Positions 62,341-64,000 of a DNA stretch of 64,000 nucleotides are shown piece by piece (position 1 is the stretch's first letter; every line of letters starts with the position of its first letter). The notes below the pieces were generated by a model, which was not told the origin of the DNA, made no database searches, and was given only the letters and a program-made list of their open reading frames with translations. A program made the translations under genes and the position numbers. Source of the DNA: an uncultured archaeon (GTDB lineage Archaea > Asgardarchaeota > Lokiarchaeia > Sigyniarchaeales > SOKP01); contig CAYLZE010000004.1 of assembly GCA_964388035.1 (NCBI GenBank), positions 1 through 64,000 of the forward strand, in the 5' to 3' direction.

Positions 62341-63912
62341 TTACCATGGTCTTCTAATAATAGAAGGTCGGGGCTTTTCCACTTTATCGGGATGATCTAT
62401 ATTAAAATGTGCTCCACGACTTTCCTTCCTAGACATCGCACACCTAATTATAATTTCTGCAACCATGGAGATGTTTCTTAATTCGATGAGATCTTTTGTA
62501 ATTTGGAAATTCCAATAATAATAATCAATTTCATCATAGAAAAGATTCATCCGTTTGAGAGCTCTCTTTAGCCGATTATCTGAGCGCATTATTCCAACCA
62601 AATTCATCATGCTCATTCTAATTTCATCCCAATTTTGAGTGATCATGACCCCTTCAGAGGAAGGTACAGCCACACCTGGCTCCCATTCCTTAAATTCCTT
62701 CAGCTTTAAAGAGGGTAAATTCTTAAAGATATCTAATGCACAATTATGAGCCATCACTATCCCTTCTAATAAAGAATTGCTTGCTAAACGATTTGCACCA
62801 TGTAGCCCACTGCAAGCGCTCTCTCCAATAACGTATAATCGTTTAACATCAGTATAACCTTTCACATCCGCTTTTACACCACCACAGCAATAATGAGCGG
62901 CAGGTACCACGGGAATTGGTTCATTTGTTATATCTATATTGAATTCCAAGCCCTTCTTATAAATTCCTGGAAAATGCTGTTTGATAAAAGAAGGCTCCCT
63001 ATAAGAAGCGATATCTAAATACACGAAATCGTCTCCTGATTTCTTTAATTCTGCATCAATAGCTCGCGAAACGATATCTCTCGGTGCTAGATCTTTGAGA
63101 GGATGATATTTTTTCATGAATGCATTTCCTTCTAAATCTTTTAAAATAGCTCCTTCGCCCCTCATGGCTTCAGTAATCAAAAAAGACTTTGCATAGGGAT
63201 GATACAGGCAAGTGGGATGGAATTGATAAAACTCCATGTTCATGATCGTGGCTCCTGCTCTATAAGCCATGGCAATTCCATCTCCTGATGCAGTATCTGG
63301 ATTACTTGTATATAAATATACTTTTCCCGCCCCTCCTGTAGCTAACACTGTTACTTTCGCGGCAATATTATAAATCTCCCCTTTAGAAGCATTCAACACG
63401 TATACGCCGTAACATTTTAAATTTTTTGCGTATAAATTTATCGCGCACCAATGTTCATGAATTTCAATATTGGGAAATTCCCGCAACTTAAGGAGTAATT
63501 TTTTCTCAATTTCTCTACCTGTTAAATCATTTGCGTGCAATACCCTCCGTTCTGAATGACCCCCTTCCTTCCCCAATTCATAGTTTCCTTCTTCATTTTT
63601 AGTAAATTGAACACCCCATTGAATTAAATCTTTAATCCGGTCTGGACCTTGGGTCACTATCGTTCTCACAACTTCTTCATCGCATAAATCATCTCCCGCA
63701 ATTAATGTATCTTTTACATGTTTATTAAAATCATCATTTTCATCCCATACGCTTGCGATTCCTCCTTGAGCGAAATAAGTGTTACAATCTTTCAGCTGTT
63801 CTTTCACTATTATCATTATATTAATATTCTCATCGAGCATGGCTAACTTAATAGCTAATGCTGCTCCTGATATACCAGCACCTATAATTAATACATCCGT
63901 TTTTAGTTTCAA
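62341..63912 (-). CDS. nadB: L-aspartate oxidase
   Basis: IIGAGISG, AQGGIA, EGGHSERRVLH, QFHPT, LITEAMRGEG, LAPRDIVSRAI, AHYCCGG, GLHGANRLASNSLLE, ESRGAH. Confidence 0.95.
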   Translation of the reverse strand: MKLKTDVLIIGAGISGAALAIKLAMLDENINIMIIVKEQLKDCNTYFAQGGIASVWDENDDFNKHVKDTLIAGDDLCDEEVVRTIVTQGPDRIKDLIQWGVQFTKNEEGNYELGKEGGHSERRVLHANDLTGREIEKKLLLKLREFPNIEIHEHWCAINLYAKNLKCYGVYVLNASKGEIYNIAAKVTVLATGGAGKVYLYTSNPDTASGDGIAMAYRAGATIMNMEFYQFHPTCLYHPYAKSFLITEAMRGEGAILKDLEGNAFMKKYHPLKDLAPRDIVSRAIDAELKKSGDDFVYLDIASYREPSFIKQHFPGIYKKGLEFNIDITNEPIPVVPAAHYCCGGVKADVKGYTDVKRLYVIGESACSGLHGANRLASNSLLEGIVMAHNCALDIFKNLPSLKLKEFKEWEPGVAVPSSEGVMITQNWDEIRMSMMNLVGIMRSDNRLKRALKRMNLFYDEIDYYYWNFQITKDLIELRNISMVAEIIIRCAMSRKESRGAHFNIDHPDKVEKPRPSIIRRPW

Positions 63913-64000
63913 GGGAATTACCTCAACTGTTTTTGAGTATTCATTAAATAATAGAATCTAAGATCAATGATTCATTTAAAACCTTTTTAATTTAAGAAAT

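Noticed and set aside
362-63961. Many 60-120 aa ORFs antisense to or nested in long genes (e.g. 362-544, 17089-17457, 32574-32891, 35918-36256, 54853-55167)
   Set aside because: They overlap well-supported genes, have no motifs, and are typical shadow ORFs
1-64000. CRISPR arrays, rRNA, transposases/integrases
   Set aside because: No spaced repeat arrays, no long GC-rich RNA-like tracts and no mobile-element ORFs were seen

Overview
AT-rich archaeal chromosomal window, most likely from an Asgard archaeon (Lokiarchaeia-like). The assignment is inferred from a Rab-like small GTPase, a longin-GTPase fusion, an ESCRT-II(EAP30)-like winged-helix protein, a short XPF/ERCC4 nuclease, a PUA/MCT-1 protein, an aroA'-type aldolase and GAGGTG-type Shine-Dalgarno motifs. 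It holds about 55 protein genes: many MFS transporters, carbohydrate kinases, a CE15 esterase, sulfotransferases, methyltransferases, nadB, and several disrupted genes. No rRNA, tRNA, CRISPR array or transposase was recognised. Best leads: (1) a candidate bacterial-type acyl-lipid/ether-lipid module (HAD phosphatase + two-domain PlsC acyltransferase + a three-gene PlsA/PlsR/Ger-like Fe-S reductase system); (2) an acyl-CoA dehydrogenase gene interrupted by a 31-nt insert that folds with its flanks into a bulge-helix-bulge-like structure, i.e. a candidate archaeal mRNA intron; (3) two tandem KARI/IlvC-like paralogues with complementary active-site losses, suggesting an obligate heterodimer; (4) repeated ATA/ATT start codons behind good SD motifs; (5) a membrane-anchored ESCRT-II-like protein and a subtilase with a Cys nucleophile. 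All product calls come from motif recognition by eye; no database searches were run.
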